A DNA stretch of 64,000 nt from Candidatus Cloacimonadales bacterium (GTDB taxonomy: Bacteria; Cloacimonadota; Cloacimonadia; Cloacimonadales; JAFGVF01). Position 1 is the stretch's first letter, and the number at the start of each line of letters is the position of its first letter. Below, one piece after another: positions 28,633 to 38,826 of the stretch. The notes below the pieces were generated by a model, which searched no databases, was not told the DNA's origin, and was given only the letters and a program-made list of their open reading frames with translations. The stretch covers positions 704,001 to 768,000 of the forward strand of contig OY759729.1 of the NCBI GenBank assembly GCA_963662585.1, in the 5' to 3' direction. Position numbers and translations under genes: made by a program.

Positions 28633-30639
28633 TTAATCTTGTTCTTGGTAGATTCTTTCAGGATTTCTATATCCAGGAAGATTTTTATACCAATCTTGAT
28701 AGAGTGTTCCTGAAGATTCAGCCCACTCTTTAAACATTAGGTAAGCACCTGTTACTTTATTTCTTTCATAAGGATAATCCCAGCTATCAGCAATATTTAA
28801 AGCCCATGGATGATTCTCAACTGATTTATAATATCTATTTTGACTTATAACAGAAGAGTCATCGTTAGTACCAAATAATGCTTGGTTAGCTGTTGCTGTA
28901 GGAGGGAAATCAGATAGATGAACTTCATGAGTCCTTTCTCTGTCCACATAAATAAATGGATTAAATGGTACATTCCACTGCCAGTTAGAGATATTCTCAG
29001 GTGTTGATAATTTGATATCTAAGGCAAATTTAACAGTTCCAATGAAAGGAACATTCTTTTCAGTATTGATGAAGGTATTTCCATTAGGTTGAATAAGATC
29101 AAGTGTATTATCGATATAAACAATAGTAGCATTTGAACCAGCTTCTAATAAAGGTGAGAAATTCTCATCTGAGATAACATTAGAATAAGTCAAGATGTCT
29201 GAACCATCAATAACGGTGAATGATTCTATATTGCTAGAACTAAATGGGAATTGTACAGCAAAACCGTTTCTAAAACGAGCACCGACAGCTCTTAGTTCAA
29301 ACTCAGTGATTACATTCTTAATTTTATTATCTGCATTTTTATGGAAGTAAATATTATAATCCATAACTAAGTCATTGAAATCATAATCACCTTTTTGAGG
29401 CCATAAATCTTCAAAAGCTAAAGTAGACATGCTATGATTATTAGTTTGGAAAGCTCTTTCTGGATCTAGTGGGAAATCATCAAACATATTTGGAACTCCG
29501 TCACCGTCATCATCACTAGGAACACCCATAGGAGTGATTTCTGAAGTATCTATTGAGTTTGGTTCTTCAGCTTCTACAAAGAATAGAGCATCATTAAAAT
29601 CATCATCACCATCATTAAACTCGATATCTTCAAAACCAACAACTAACTTGTCATATTCATCATCATAGAAAAGAACACTTTGTTGATAACCTGTATAATT
29701 TAAGTTCTTATCTGAATACCAAGTATTATTAACAATATGAGCTGCACCATTATACCAGCCATTAGACATTAAAACCCAACCAATTACAGTACCTGGTTGA
29801 AATTCACCAATGTTAATTTTGTCGCCTGGTACTAAACCACCGCCACTTCCCACCATAGATACATTAGGGAATACTACATTGATTTCAGCAATATCTGCTG
29901 GAGTTTGAGGTGGATTATTGATATCAAAAGTATAAAAACCAAAAGCGTTTCTGTTTCCAGCACCTTCATGGACAAAGGTAATCCAGATATCAGTAGTTTG
30001 ATTAACGATAACTGCATTATATTGGTTTCCTACATATAGATAATGAGGTGAGTTATCTGGGACTGAAACTCTTTCAGGTAAAGAGTCGTTAACTTTAGTT
30101 AAGAATCCTGGAGCTACTGCTTCAAAATCCATATCTTGAGGTACACCATCAACATTGTAAGGTCCAAGATAGACTAGGTCTGATTTTTCAGGAGTAACAA
30201 TGGTTTTATTTTCTCTTGAAGTATTAAAGGTATTAGAACCAAATTCAAATTTAGCATAACCATTAGTAATAGGAATCTCAAAAGAAGACATATAACCTAC
30301 TACATAAAGAGATTTGATATAAGAAGGTATAACAACTTTAGTGCTAAATACACCATTATCGTTAGTAGTACCTGAATCTAAGATTTTTCCACCTTGTTCA
30401 GGATCTTTATCGTAGATTTTAAAAGGTATTTTTTCAACCCCATCACTTCCACCATTTGAAACCATTAATTCTACATTAACATTTTCTACGGTGGAGAAAT
30501 CAAAATTATCTTCAATTTGCAAATCAGCAAATTCAGTTTCTTGATTGTTGTTATTTGAACTTTTCGTTGTATTGTTACAACCAAAAGTAAATAAAACAAT
30601 AAACAAAATAGTAAGTACAGTCAAACTTTTGTATTTCAT
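28633..30639 (-). CDS. LruC-domain (DUF4842/DUF4114) lipoprotein, paralog 1
   Basis: Lipobox TFGC; same motifs and architecture as 26515..28509; probable start 30639. Confidence 0.88.
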   Translation of the reverse strand: MKYKSLTVLTILFIVLFTFGCNNTTKSSNNNNQETEFADLQIEDNFDFSTVENVNVELMVSNGGSDGVEKIPFKIYDKDPEQGGKILDSGTTNDNGVFSTKVVIPSYIKSLYVVGYMSSFEIPITNGYAKFEFGSNTFNTSRENKTIVTPEKSDLVYLGPYNVDGVPQDMDFEAVAPGFLTKVNDSLPERVSVPDNSPHYLYVGNQYNAVIVNQTTDIWITFVHEGAGNRNAFGFYTFDINNPPQTPADIAEINVVFPNVSMVGSGGGLVPGDKINIGEFQPGTVIGWVLMSNGWYNGAAHIVNNTWYSDKNLNYTGYQQSVLFYDDEYDKLVVGFEDIEFNDGDDDFNDALFFVEAEEPNSIDTSEITPMGVPSDDDGDGVPNMFDDFPLDPERAFQTNNHSMSTLAFEDLWPQKGDYDFNDLVMDYNIYFHKNADNKIKNVITEFELRAVGARFRNGFAVQFPFSSSNIESFTVIDGSDILTYSNVISDENFSPLLEAGSNATIVYIDNTLDLIQPNGNTFINTEKNVPFIGTVKFALDIKLSTPENISNWQWNVPFNPFIYVDRERTHEVHLSDFPPTATANQALFGTNDDSSVISQNRYYKSVENHPWALNIADSWDYPYERNKVTGAYLMFKEWAESSGTLYQDWYKNLPGYRNPERIYQEQD

Positions 30640-30825
30640 AATTCTCTCCATTCTTAGTTTTCTTCTATAAGCAAAAGATAATCAGATTGAGTATTTTGTC
30701 AAATACTATTTTCACTATAAAAGTATCTTTCATAAGATGGGACATTATTTCCTTATTATTGCTTGATAAATCAGGTATAACTTTTTATAAATAATTATAG
30801 ATATGCAAAAAAAGCTGTAAATGCA

Positions 30826-30861
30826 ATAATCGCTATTACCTAAAGAAAGTAATAGCGATTA
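30826..30861. terminator. Hairpin at the end of the apbE operon
   Basis: ATAATCGCTATTAC...GTAATAGCGATTAT 14-bp stem. Confidence 0.6.
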
Positions 30862-30885
30862 TGATAATAAACTTGTTAGAGAGAA

Positions 30886-31323
30886 TTAATCTTCTGTTGG
30901 AAAAGTTGAAAGACTGTTAAGTCCTTTAGCTACAAAAATGAGAGCAATTCCGAGTAAAATTAAAGCAATTTGTTTGCCTGATGAAGTAGCAATATCATCC
31001 CACATTTGTGTTTTGAGGTCAGCCAACCCAGATTGGTATTCGCTTTCTAAGCCTTCACTATAAGAAGCAATTGTTGAATCGCTTAGAGATTGTAAATAAA
31101 CCAAATCTTCAGCGTTTAACTCTTCAGTACCAATACCATTTTTGTAATCAATAGTTTTTTGAATCATCTCTTTACTCTGATCATACTGAACATTAAAAGA
31201 TTCTTTACTAGTATTAAAACTATCCAAATCAGTTTTAACAGAAGTGAAGGTTAAGAAGACTCCTAAGAGTAAGGAAAGCAATCCTATTGAGTTTACCACA
31301 CTTGCGTAATTATTTCTTTTCAT
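30886..31323 (-). CDS. Hypothetical membrane protein (two TM helices)
   Basis: GGAG RBS; hydrophobic termini flanking a helical loop. Confidence 0.75.
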   Translation of the reverse strand: MKRNNYASVVNSIGLLSLLLGVFLTFTSVKTDLDSFNTSKESFNVQYDQSKEMIQKTIDYKNGIGTEELNAEDLVYLQSLSDSTIASYSEGLESEYQSGLADLKTQMWDDIATSSGKQIALILLGIALIFVAKGLNSLSTFPTED

Positions 31324-31333
31324 TTATAACTCC

Positions 31334-32101
31334 TTAATTATTATTTGCGATTAAAGCGGCGCCGAGAGCCCCTGTTATTATTGGTGTTTCGTAAGTATAT
31401 AAGGGATAATCTAGTATATCTTCCAAAATAGACTTCATTGATTTATTAAAGGAAACCCCACCTGTAAAGGCAATAGGTGCTTCCCAATTAAGAGAATGTA
31501 TTTGATTAACTATTCTCTTAGCTATCGATTTATGAACAGCTTTAACGATAGTATTGCGGGAATACCCTTTAGCTATCATTCCTATAATTTCTGATTCAGC
31601 AAAAACCACACATGTTGAATCTATATCAATCTCTTCTTCTGCTTTGAAGGCAAGTTCAGATAGTTCATCAACAGATGTTTCTAGAATAGTAGCCACAACT
31701 TCCAAAAACCTACCAGTTCCAGCAGCACATTTATCATTCATGACAAAATCTATGACCTTATGGTTTTCATCTAAAACTATTACTTTTGAATCCTGTCCCC
31801 CGATATCAACCACAGTCCGAATTTCTGGCTTAAGATAAGAGAGTCCGCGTGCATGGCAGATAATTTCTGAACTTATCTTATCTTTGAACTCTACTAATTT
31901 CCTTCCATAGCCTGTAGAAACGACAAAATCTACCTTACTCAAATTATTTTTATTTAGTAAATCTTCATATAATTTATTAGCAGTTTTCTTAGGTGTTACT
32001 CCAGTTGCAGTATAGTTCCAATCGATGATTCTGTTATTTGAATGATCAAAAAGAAGAATTTTGCTAGTTGTAGATCCAATATCTATTCCGATAGTAAGCA
32101 T
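31334..32101 (-). CDS. 2-hydroxyacyl-CoA dehydratase activator (HgdC/BadF ASKHA ATPase, 4Fe-4S)
   Basis: GIDIGSTTSK, STGYGR, DIGGQDSK, MNDKCAAGTGRFLE, STCVVFAESE. Confidence 0.93.
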   Translation of the reverse strand: MLTIGIDIGSTTSKILLFDHSNNRIIDWNYTATGVTPKKTANKLYEDLLNKNNLSKVDFVVSTGYGRKLVEFKDKISSEIICHARGLSYLKPEIRTVVDIGGQDSKVIVLDENHKVIDFVMNDKCAAGTGRFLEVVATILETSVDELSELAFKAEEEIDIDSTCVVFAESEIIGMIAKGYSRNTIVKAVHKSIAKRIVNQIHSLNWEAPIAFTGGVSFNKSMKSILEDILDYPLYTYETPIITGALGAALIANNN

Positions 32102-32104
32102 TTG

Positions 32105-34642
32105 TTACCTATAAATTTGGGTAAAAAGATTATCTGCAGTGAAATAGGTTTCAGCAATTTCTGCAATATCATCAAAAGAAACAGATTGAAGGCGTTTCTC
32201 TCTATCTAAATAGAAATCATAATCATAGCCTAGGGAGCTCAAGATTCCTAATGAGCTTGCTTGCGATGAAACACTTTCATCATCTAAAAGCCTTTGTCCA
32301 TTAATATAGTTCTTGGTAAGTTCTAACTCTTCTTTGGTAACATTATATTTAATAATATCCTGCATTATCTTTCTGATAGAAGCTATAGATTCCTCTTCTC
32401 TATTTCTATCAACTATAGCATAATTAGCAAAGAAGCCTACCTCAGATAAGGCAGTAAAATCAAAACCAACGCTATAAGCTACGCCAAGTTTTTCTCTAAG
32501 TTCGTTAAAAAGTCGCGAGTTAATCTCACCACCAATAATTTGGGAAAGGACATGAAATGCTACATTTAACCTATAATCATTAGCATTACAAGCGAAACCA
32601 CCTATATGAATAGTTGACTGGTCGTTGTCATAATCAAAAAGATGTCTATGCTTTTGAGCTTTAGTGAAGAGAACTTTTTCTTGCAGATCAGAGTTATAAG
32701 AAGTAAAGTCGAAAGTCTTTTCTACAATCCTGATAATATTATCAAAATGTATATCACCAATCACGACTAAACTCATTTTTGATAAATCCAAAAACTCTTT
32801 ATGCCAAGCATTGATTTTCTTGCGAGTTATCTTGGTAACATCAGAGAGTTCTCCAGTTTTACTAATCAAATTGCTATGCCTACCAAACAAATATTGGTTA
32901 AATCTCTTAACAGCTTCTTTAGTAGGGAAGTCATTTATTCTTCTGAGATTAGATCTCACAGATTGTTTAATATTGTTAAGATAGAATATGGGATATTTAG
33001 GTTCCTTAATAACTTCAGCAAGTAATTCTAAGGACTCAGATATATATTCTCCAAAGCATTTTATTTTAAAACCTGAAGTTTCTATTCCATTATGAACATT
33101 GAGATTTATTCCCCGTTCATTGCAATAATCAACAAGTTCTTCATAGCTATATTTTTTGGTTCCATATTGCATTAAGGCTAAAGTAAAGAAGTTTATTCCC
33201 CGCATGTCGACTGGCTCACAGAGTTGAGATATTCTTCTTGTTAATGAGATACCCACAGTTGGTTTACCCACTACTTTTTTCATAATTAATTTTAAGCCAT
33301 TGTTACAGATATGTTCAGTATAGTTATTGTTTTCGATAGAAGAAAACTGTTCATTCTTCTTATTCTTAAACTCTTTTTCTATTTTATCTAAGAAGTGATT
33401 TTTTCTTCCTAGATGAATAATTTTCAAGTTATCAAGATTGTAATATTTGTTAGCAATATCTAATAGTAGCTGGATATCCAAGGAGGCTAATCTAATTGGA
33501 TACTTGAAAATCTCTTCATAGCCAGAATCTAATTCTTCTATTCCTAGTACGCTACCAAAGTTCTCAACATATTCAAAAGCATATTTCCAGCTATGTTCTT
33601 GCTCAACCTTGATTTTTCTCAACTCTTCATAAGTTAAACCTTGAACTTTGATTCTATTATACTCTTCTAGGAAAATACGGCAAATCTCTTCTAAACAAGA
33701 ATTTGATTTTGGGATTATCATAATTATAGACACCCCATCATAGCGTCCTGCAATAGATTGTACTTGAATACTTGTAACTAATTGTTCTTTTATATAAAGT
33801 CGCTTATATAGTCTAGAGTTTTTTCCAATGGCAAAACCTTTAGTAATTAAGGAAAGTCCTAAGCCTTCTTTTGTTTTCTCACTTATTTCAGGTAACACAA
33901 AGGCCAGTAATTCTTGATTTAGCTCTTCATCAACAACAGTATGAGTAGAAAAACCTTTTTTATAAATATTAGCTTTTGTTTCATTCTTAAGATCATAATT
34001 TGCCTGCCAATTGCCAAAGTACTTTTCAACAATTCCCTTGATTGACTTAAATTTAAAATCTCCACTGATAACTATAAAGCAATTATTAGCACGATAATAC
34101 TGCTGATAAAACTCTCTTAAATCATTGGGCGTTGACTTTTCTAAATTATCTAAATGTCCTATTATAGGGTTGTGATAAGGACTTTCTTCAAAGTAATAGA
34201 GGGGTATCTTTTCAACAAAATCTTCTTCAGGATCATTAGCATATTGCTTTAACTCTTCTATAACGACTTTCTTTTCTGTATCAAACTCTTCGTCAGAGAA
34301 GTTAGCTCTCATAGCTAATTCTGCTAATAATTCTAAACCTTCTTCAGTGTATTTTGCTGGTAGGGTTAAGTAATGACAAGTTGAATCATACTCTGTATAA
34401 GCATTAATATTTGCCCCTAATGACGAGGCTGTTTCCATTATTTTATTATCAGGGTATTTTTGGGTTGATTTAAAGACCAAATGCTCCATCAAGTGAGAAT
34501 AACCTGATTCGCTTGCTTTTTCATGCACAGAACCAACTTTAACATATAGTTGTAAGCTAATGATAGGGTTTGATTTATCTTTAGCAACGATAATCTTTAA
34601 TCCATTATCAAGAGTATGGTGCTTAACATTAATTTTCATCAT
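32105..34642 (-). CDS. M16 family zinc peptidase (pitrilysin-like, two-half fusion)
   Basis: HLMEH (HxxEH), NAYT, EKKVVIEE; second half with SRLFNELREKLGVAY. Confidence 0.92.
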   Translation of the reverse strand: MMKINVKHHTLDNGLKIIVAKDKSNPIISLQLYVKVGSVHEKASESGYSHLMEHLVFKSTQKYPDNKIMETASSLGANINAYTEYDSTCHYLTLPAKYTEEGLELLAELAMRANFSDEEFDTEKKVVIEELKQYANDPEEDFVEKIPLYYFEESPYHNPIIGHLDNLEKSTPNDLREFYQQYYRANNCFIVISGDFKFKSIKGIVEKYFGNWQANYDLKNETKANIYKKGFSTHTVVDEELNQELLAFVLPEISEKTKEGLGLSLITKGFAIGKNSRLYKRLYIKEQLVTSIQVQSIAGRYDGVSIIMIIPKSNSCLEEICRIFLEEYNRIKVQGLTYEELRKIKVEQEHSWKYAFEYVENFGSVLGIEELDSGYEEIFKYPIRLASLDIQLLLDIANKYYNLDNLKIIHLGRKNHFLDKIEKEFKNKKNEQFSSIENNNYTEHICNNGLKLIMKKVVGKPTVGISLTRRISQLCEPVDMRGINFFTLALMQYGTKKYSYEELVDYCNERGINLNVHNGIETSGFKIKCFGEYISESLELLAEVIKEPKYPIFYLNNIKQSVRSNLRRINDFPTKEAVKRFNQYLFGRHSNLISKTGELSDVTKITRKKINAWHKEFLDLSKMSLVVIGDIHFDNIIRIVEKTFDFTSYNSDLQEKVLFTKAQKHRHLFDYDNDQSTIHIGGFACNANDYRLNVAFHVLSQIIGGEINSRLFNELREKLGVAYSVGFDFTALSEVGFFANYAIVDRNREEESIASIRKIMQDIIKYNVTKEELELTKNYINGQRLLDDESVSSQASSLGILSSLGYDYDFYLDREKRLQSVSFDDIAEIAETYFTADNLFTQIYR

Positions 34643-35425
34643 CTATTCTGCTCTCCTGCCTGCAACTGAGGCATAAGCACTGTGATTGTGGATAGATTCA
34701 AAATTCTCAGATTCAACACTAAATTCAATTATTCTAATATCTTTTCTTAATTCAACAACAACATCTCTGACAATATCTTCCACAAATTTAGGATTATCAT
34801 AACCTCTTTCGGTAACGAATTTCTCATCTGATCTTTTTAATAAAGAATAGACTTCACAACTAGCTACACTTTCGACAATTTCTATCAATTCTTCTAACCA
34901 GACATAGTCAGAGTATTTTACTGAAACTGTTACAATAGAGCGTTGATTATGAGCTCCATACTCACTAATCTCTTTCGAGCAGGGACAAACTGTTGTTATT
35001 GGTACTTTTACCCCAATTTGCATTTCAAAATCATCACGATGAGAAGCAAGGAAGAAGCAATCATAAGACATTAAAGATTTTATTCCCGAAACTGGAGCAG
35101 TTTTTTCTACGAAATAAGGAAAACTCATATTCACAAAAGCTGAATCTGCGTCTAATCTCTTTTTTGTTTCCAAGACGAAGTTCTCTATTTCAGAGACAAA
35201 ATTACGATGATGATATTCATTAAGAATCTCAATAAAGCGTGACATGTGAGTGCCTCGATGATGATGAGGTAGCTCAACAAAAATATCTAAATCAGCAACT
35301 GTATGCTGTATTTCATTAGCTCTGTCTTCGACGATTATAGGGTATTTTACACCCTTTACGCCAACTTTATCTATCGTAACTTTTCTATTATCATTTAAAT
35401 TCTGTATATCAATTGTATTTTTCAT
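34643..35425 (-). CDS. folE2: GTP cyclohydrolase I type IB
   Basis: GTHMSRF, TTVCPCSKEIS.YGAHNQRS, NPKFVED, ESIHNHSA. Confidence 0.96.
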   Translation of the reverse strand: MKNTIDIQNLNDNRKVTIDKVGVKGVKYPIIVEDRANEIQHTVADLDIFVELPHHHRGTHMSRFIEILNEYHHRNFVSEIENFVLETKKRLDADSAFVNMSFPYFVEKTAPVSGIKSLMSYDCFFLASHRDDFEMQIGVKVPITTVCPCSKEISEYGAHNQRSIVTVSVKYSDYVWLEELIEIVESVASCEVYSLLKRSDEKFVTERGYDNPKFVEDIVRDVVVELRKDIRIIEFSVESENFESIHNHSAYASVAGRRAE

Positions 35426-36525
35426 TATTCACCATCAATAAATTCATTATATAAGTAGTATTCCATTCCTTTAGAATGATCTGTTTTCTCTGTTTTAATT
35501 GAAGTAGCTTCCCAAGTTTGCCCTACTTCATCATAGCTATCACTGTAGATTATTGCTTCAGTATCATTTAATGTTTTTAAGTAATTTATTGCCTTATCGT
35601 TGTCGATTAAGAACAAAGCAGTAGAAAGAGCATCTGCTTCAAAAGCTGTAGTTGAAAGAATTGTTACTGAGACATTTCTGTGGCAAGAGTATCCTGTTTT
35701 TGCATCGATTATATGATGATAACGGATATTATCGACATCAAAGAATTGTTGATAATCACCAGATGTTGCTATAGCAGTATTATTAAGGTTGGATAACTGA
35801 GCTATAACTTCTGAATTCATTCGTGGATGCTGAATTCCTAAAATTACTTTCTTAGGAATATCACCGAAATACCTAATAGAGCTTATCTGATCTACATAAC
35901 CAGCTTTTGCTCCTTTTGATTGTAGAAATTCTACAGTTTTATCTACAATATAGCCTTTAGAAATAGCTCCAAAAGTAATTTTCATGCCTGCAGGAAGAAT
36001 AATATATTCTTCATTGTATTCAATCCGAGAAAAATCAACTAATTTTAAGTTCTCTTCTATAGTTAAGGAATCAGGTATTAAACTGGCATTAAATTCTGGA
36101 TTATCCATTTGAGCACTATCAAAATCCCACAAATCATACACAGGCTTTACAGAAATATCGAAACTACCATCCGTAAGTTGGTACATAGCTTTAGCTTTTT
36201 CTAGAAGATTAAAGACATCCTCATCCATAGGGTATTTTTTCCCTTGAGAATTATTAATTTTGTATATCACGCTTTCTTCATAGTCATCAGAAAACTTATA
36301 AATAAGTTTCTGCATATAAACGAAAGCCTCTTTTGTTACAGCTTCACCATTCTTTTTATCACTAAGTACGAATATCTCTGTCCTGAGATTCTTACCCTGT
36401 AAGGTAGGAGTATAATTTAAATACTTACTATCCACAAACTCATATTCGGCAGTAGCGAATTTATATATACCGATTAGTATCACTAAAGTTAATAATATCA
36501 AGGAGGTAATTTCTTTTCTTGTCAT
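35425..36525 (-). CDS. apbE: FAD:protein FMN transferase
   Basis: TDGSFDISV.P, GAISKGY.VD, ATSGDYQ, YHHIID..TG, ADALSTA. Confidence 0.93.
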   Translation of the reverse strand: MTRKEITSLILLTLVILIGIYKFATAEYEFVDSKYLNYTPTLQGKNLRTEIFVLSDKKNGEAVTKEAFVYMQKLIYKFSDDYEESVIYKINNSQGKKYPMDEDVFNLLEKAKAMYQLTDGSFDISVKPVYDLWDFDSAQMDNPEFNASLIPDSLTIEENLKLVDFSRIEYNEEYIILPAGMKITFGAISKGYIVDKTVEFLQSKGAKAGYVDQISSIRYFGDIPKKVILGIQHPRMNSEVIAQLSNLNNTAIATSGDYQQFFDVDNIRYHHIIDAKTGYSCHRNVSVTILSTTAFEADALSTALFLIDNDKAINYLKTLNDTEAIIYSDSYDEVGQTWEATSIKTEKTDHSKGMEYYLYNEFIDGE

Positions 36526-36616
36526 TTTTCTTCTTTCCTAATTTTAATATTAAACCACTTCAATATTAAAGTAATATTTGTCAATCTAAACATAGTTTTT
36601 CTACATATTATAGAAA

Positions 36617-38727
36617 ATCGAGTAGGGTGGTGCGTTAGCACCATCCCTCTCACAGAACCGTGCGTACGGGACTCGTACACGGCTCCTGATAAACCTTGTA
36701 ATTATTCATAATAATTAAATAAAACACTTGTAGGTTTCGATAGTAAGTCATATAGCCCTAATTGCTCAAACCATTCATTAGGTAAAGCTCTATGAATATG
36801 ATAACAACCAGAATTCTTCCAATGTGTCATAGATATTTTCGGAAAATCACTTTTATGCCCAACTCTTCTAAGTTGTTGGTGAAAAGCTTTCCAACTTTTC
36901 CATTCCCGCATTTTCTTCATTCTTAGTCGCCGCCTTATCCATGATAATAGAGACTGAAAGACTCCTTTGCAATTTGCCACCCTAAAGTAATTCGACCAAC
37001 CTCTCAATATCGGATTAAGTCTTTTAATCATTGTCTGGACATTAATTCCGCTATTCCGTGGAGTCAGTGACCGAATCTTATCTTTGAACGCTTTTACTCT
37101 TTTATCCTCTATCTTTACATATGCTTCATGTATTTCGAAGCCAAGATACTTGACTCCTTTAAATACACTCGCAATATGTGTCTTTTCTTCATTTACGATG
37201 AGATAAATTGAGTTTAGATATTCTACCGCAATTCGTTGATATTGTTCTGCTTTTTTCTTAGTCTTAGCAAAAAGTAAAATGTCATCAGCATAGCGTACTA
37301 TCTCGATTCCTCGACTTTTCATTTCTTGGTCAAAACTATCAAGATATATGTTCATAAGAAGTGGAGAGATTACCCCTCCTTGTGGACTTCCTACTTCAGT
37401 TTCGCTATACTTCCCTTCTTGCATAACACCAGACTTTAAGATTTTCTCTATCAACTTTAATAATGTTCCGTCACTTATTTTCCTATTTAATGATTGCATT
37501 ATGAATTTATGATTTAATGTATCAAAACATTTTGATAAATCCATATCCACTACAAAAGGAAGCTCTTCCTGAACCATTAATATATGTGCTTTAGCCACTG
37601 CCTTTTGACAACTTTTGTTGGGACGGTAGCCATAGCTTTGTGGATGAAAATCAGGTTCAAAAATTGGTTGGATGATGTTATTTATTGCCTGCTGTACGAT
37701 TCTATCTTTTACAGTAGGTATTCCTAATGGCCTCATCTTACCATTTCCTTTAGGTATCTCTACCCGTTTCACAGGTGATGGGATATACTTCCCACTTTTC
37801 AATTCTAAATGAATCTGCTCTAAGTTCTCTTGTAGAGTCTCACCAAACTTAGATATAGTAATATTATCTATACCTTCTGCACCTCTATTTTTCTTTACCT
37901 TTAGGAAAGATTCATAGAGATTACCTTTTGAGTAAACTTTATCAATTAAACTGTACCACTTTTTCATTTAGTTTCTCCTTTTTCACAATAAACAATGTTT
38001 AAATTATACTTTCAAATGACAGTTAATTCAATGAAGACCTTCGAAGTTTTTAGCATAAAGCAATCTATCAAAGATTTTATAGGTTTTGACTATTATCCTT
38101 TTTTTAACTTCATCTACTCAGTCTCGTAAGGTCATGATAGAAAGAAGGTACTCACCACCGTCTATCCGAGCCTTGAATCTTTCGATTCTCTTCGTTTCCT
38201 ACTTTTAAGAAAATATCTCTTTAATTATGTTTATTCTTTGGTTTATCTTCATCCCTTCACATGAGATATTTCCTTTTGAAAAATATCCCCCAATATTACT
38301 AAGAATATTGTCCCCTCTGTTTTATCCTCCAGTCTGTCACCAGCTTTCATAGGCAAAGGGTTAGTCACTACTACGGAATCATCTGCCACCTGCTTATGCT
38401 TAATACAACTCTTGCCTTTCAGCTTGTAGTCATAGTTACTCTATTAGAGACATTAACAGGCTTCCCCAGTTAAGCTATCCTGCCTGAATGTAAATCCATC
38501 TGTTGTAATCCATGTAATCGACTGACTTTTGGGCGTTCTCACTTTTCGAAGAGTTACCCACTACATGAACCAAAATCAGTTTACTTTCGCTATGTTCCAC
38601 ATTCTTCCTGCGTCTTACTTCAGACCCTGCCGTTGCCAGCAACGCCCTTGACCTCAGATTGACTTCCTGTCAGTTGGGTGTCAGGACTTCTTTCAGTCCA
38701 TCGGCTCAGATAACATTCTGGGCAAAC
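36617..38727 (-). mobile_element. Group II intron (class C-like), full length 2111 nt
   Basis: 5' end GTTTGCCC directly after terminator GCAGGACATCAATCCTGC-T6; 3' end DV/DVI GAGCCGTGTACGAGTCCCGTACGCACGGTTCTGTGAGAGGGATGGTGCTAACGCACCACCCTACTCGAT; contains the RT ORF. Confidence 0.92.
36702..37967 (-). CDS. ltrA: Group II intron reverse transcriptase/maturase (no endonuclease domain)
   Basis: RPLGIPTVKDRIVQ, SYGYRP, DLSKCFD, GSPQGGVISPLL.N, RYADD, LRGW.NYF X domain. Confidence 0.97.
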   Translation of the reverse strand: MKKWYSLIDKVYSKGNLYESFLKVKKNRGAEGIDNITISKFGETLQENLEQIHLELKSGKYIPSPVKRVEIPKGNGKMRPLGIPTVKDRIVQQAINNIIQPIFEPDFHPQSYGYRPNKSCQKAVAKAHILMVQEELPFVVDMDLSKCFDTLNHKFIMQSLNRKISDGTLLKLIEKILKSGVMQEGKYSETEVGSPQGGVISPLLMNIYLDSFDQEMKSRGIEIVRYADDILLFAKTKKKAEQYQRIAVEYLNSIYLIVNEEKTHIASVFKGVKYLGFEIHEAYVKIEDKRVKAFKDKIRSLTPRNSGINVQTMIKRLNPILRGWSNYFRVANCKGVFQSLLSWIRRRLRMKKMREWKSWKAFHQQLRRVGHKSDFPKISMTHWKNSGCYHIHRALPNEWFEQLGLYDLLSKPTSVLFNYYE

Positions 38728-38751
38728 AAAAAAGCAGGATTGATGTCCTGC
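38728..38751 (-). terminator. Rho-independent terminator; intron insertion target
   Basis: GCAGGA-CATCAA-TCCTGC followed by TTTTTT, immediately 5' of the intron. Confidence 0.85.
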
Positions 38752-38826
38752 CTTACTTATGTTAATAAATCTTTTTGTTTGCCTTAGAATCGACCTTTAG
38801 GTTAGAATGCTAAGGGTCAGATGATA

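Noticed and set aside
36702..37967. RT as a DGR, retron or defence RT
   Set aside because: YADD motif, maturase X domain and flanking domain V/VI identify a group II intron
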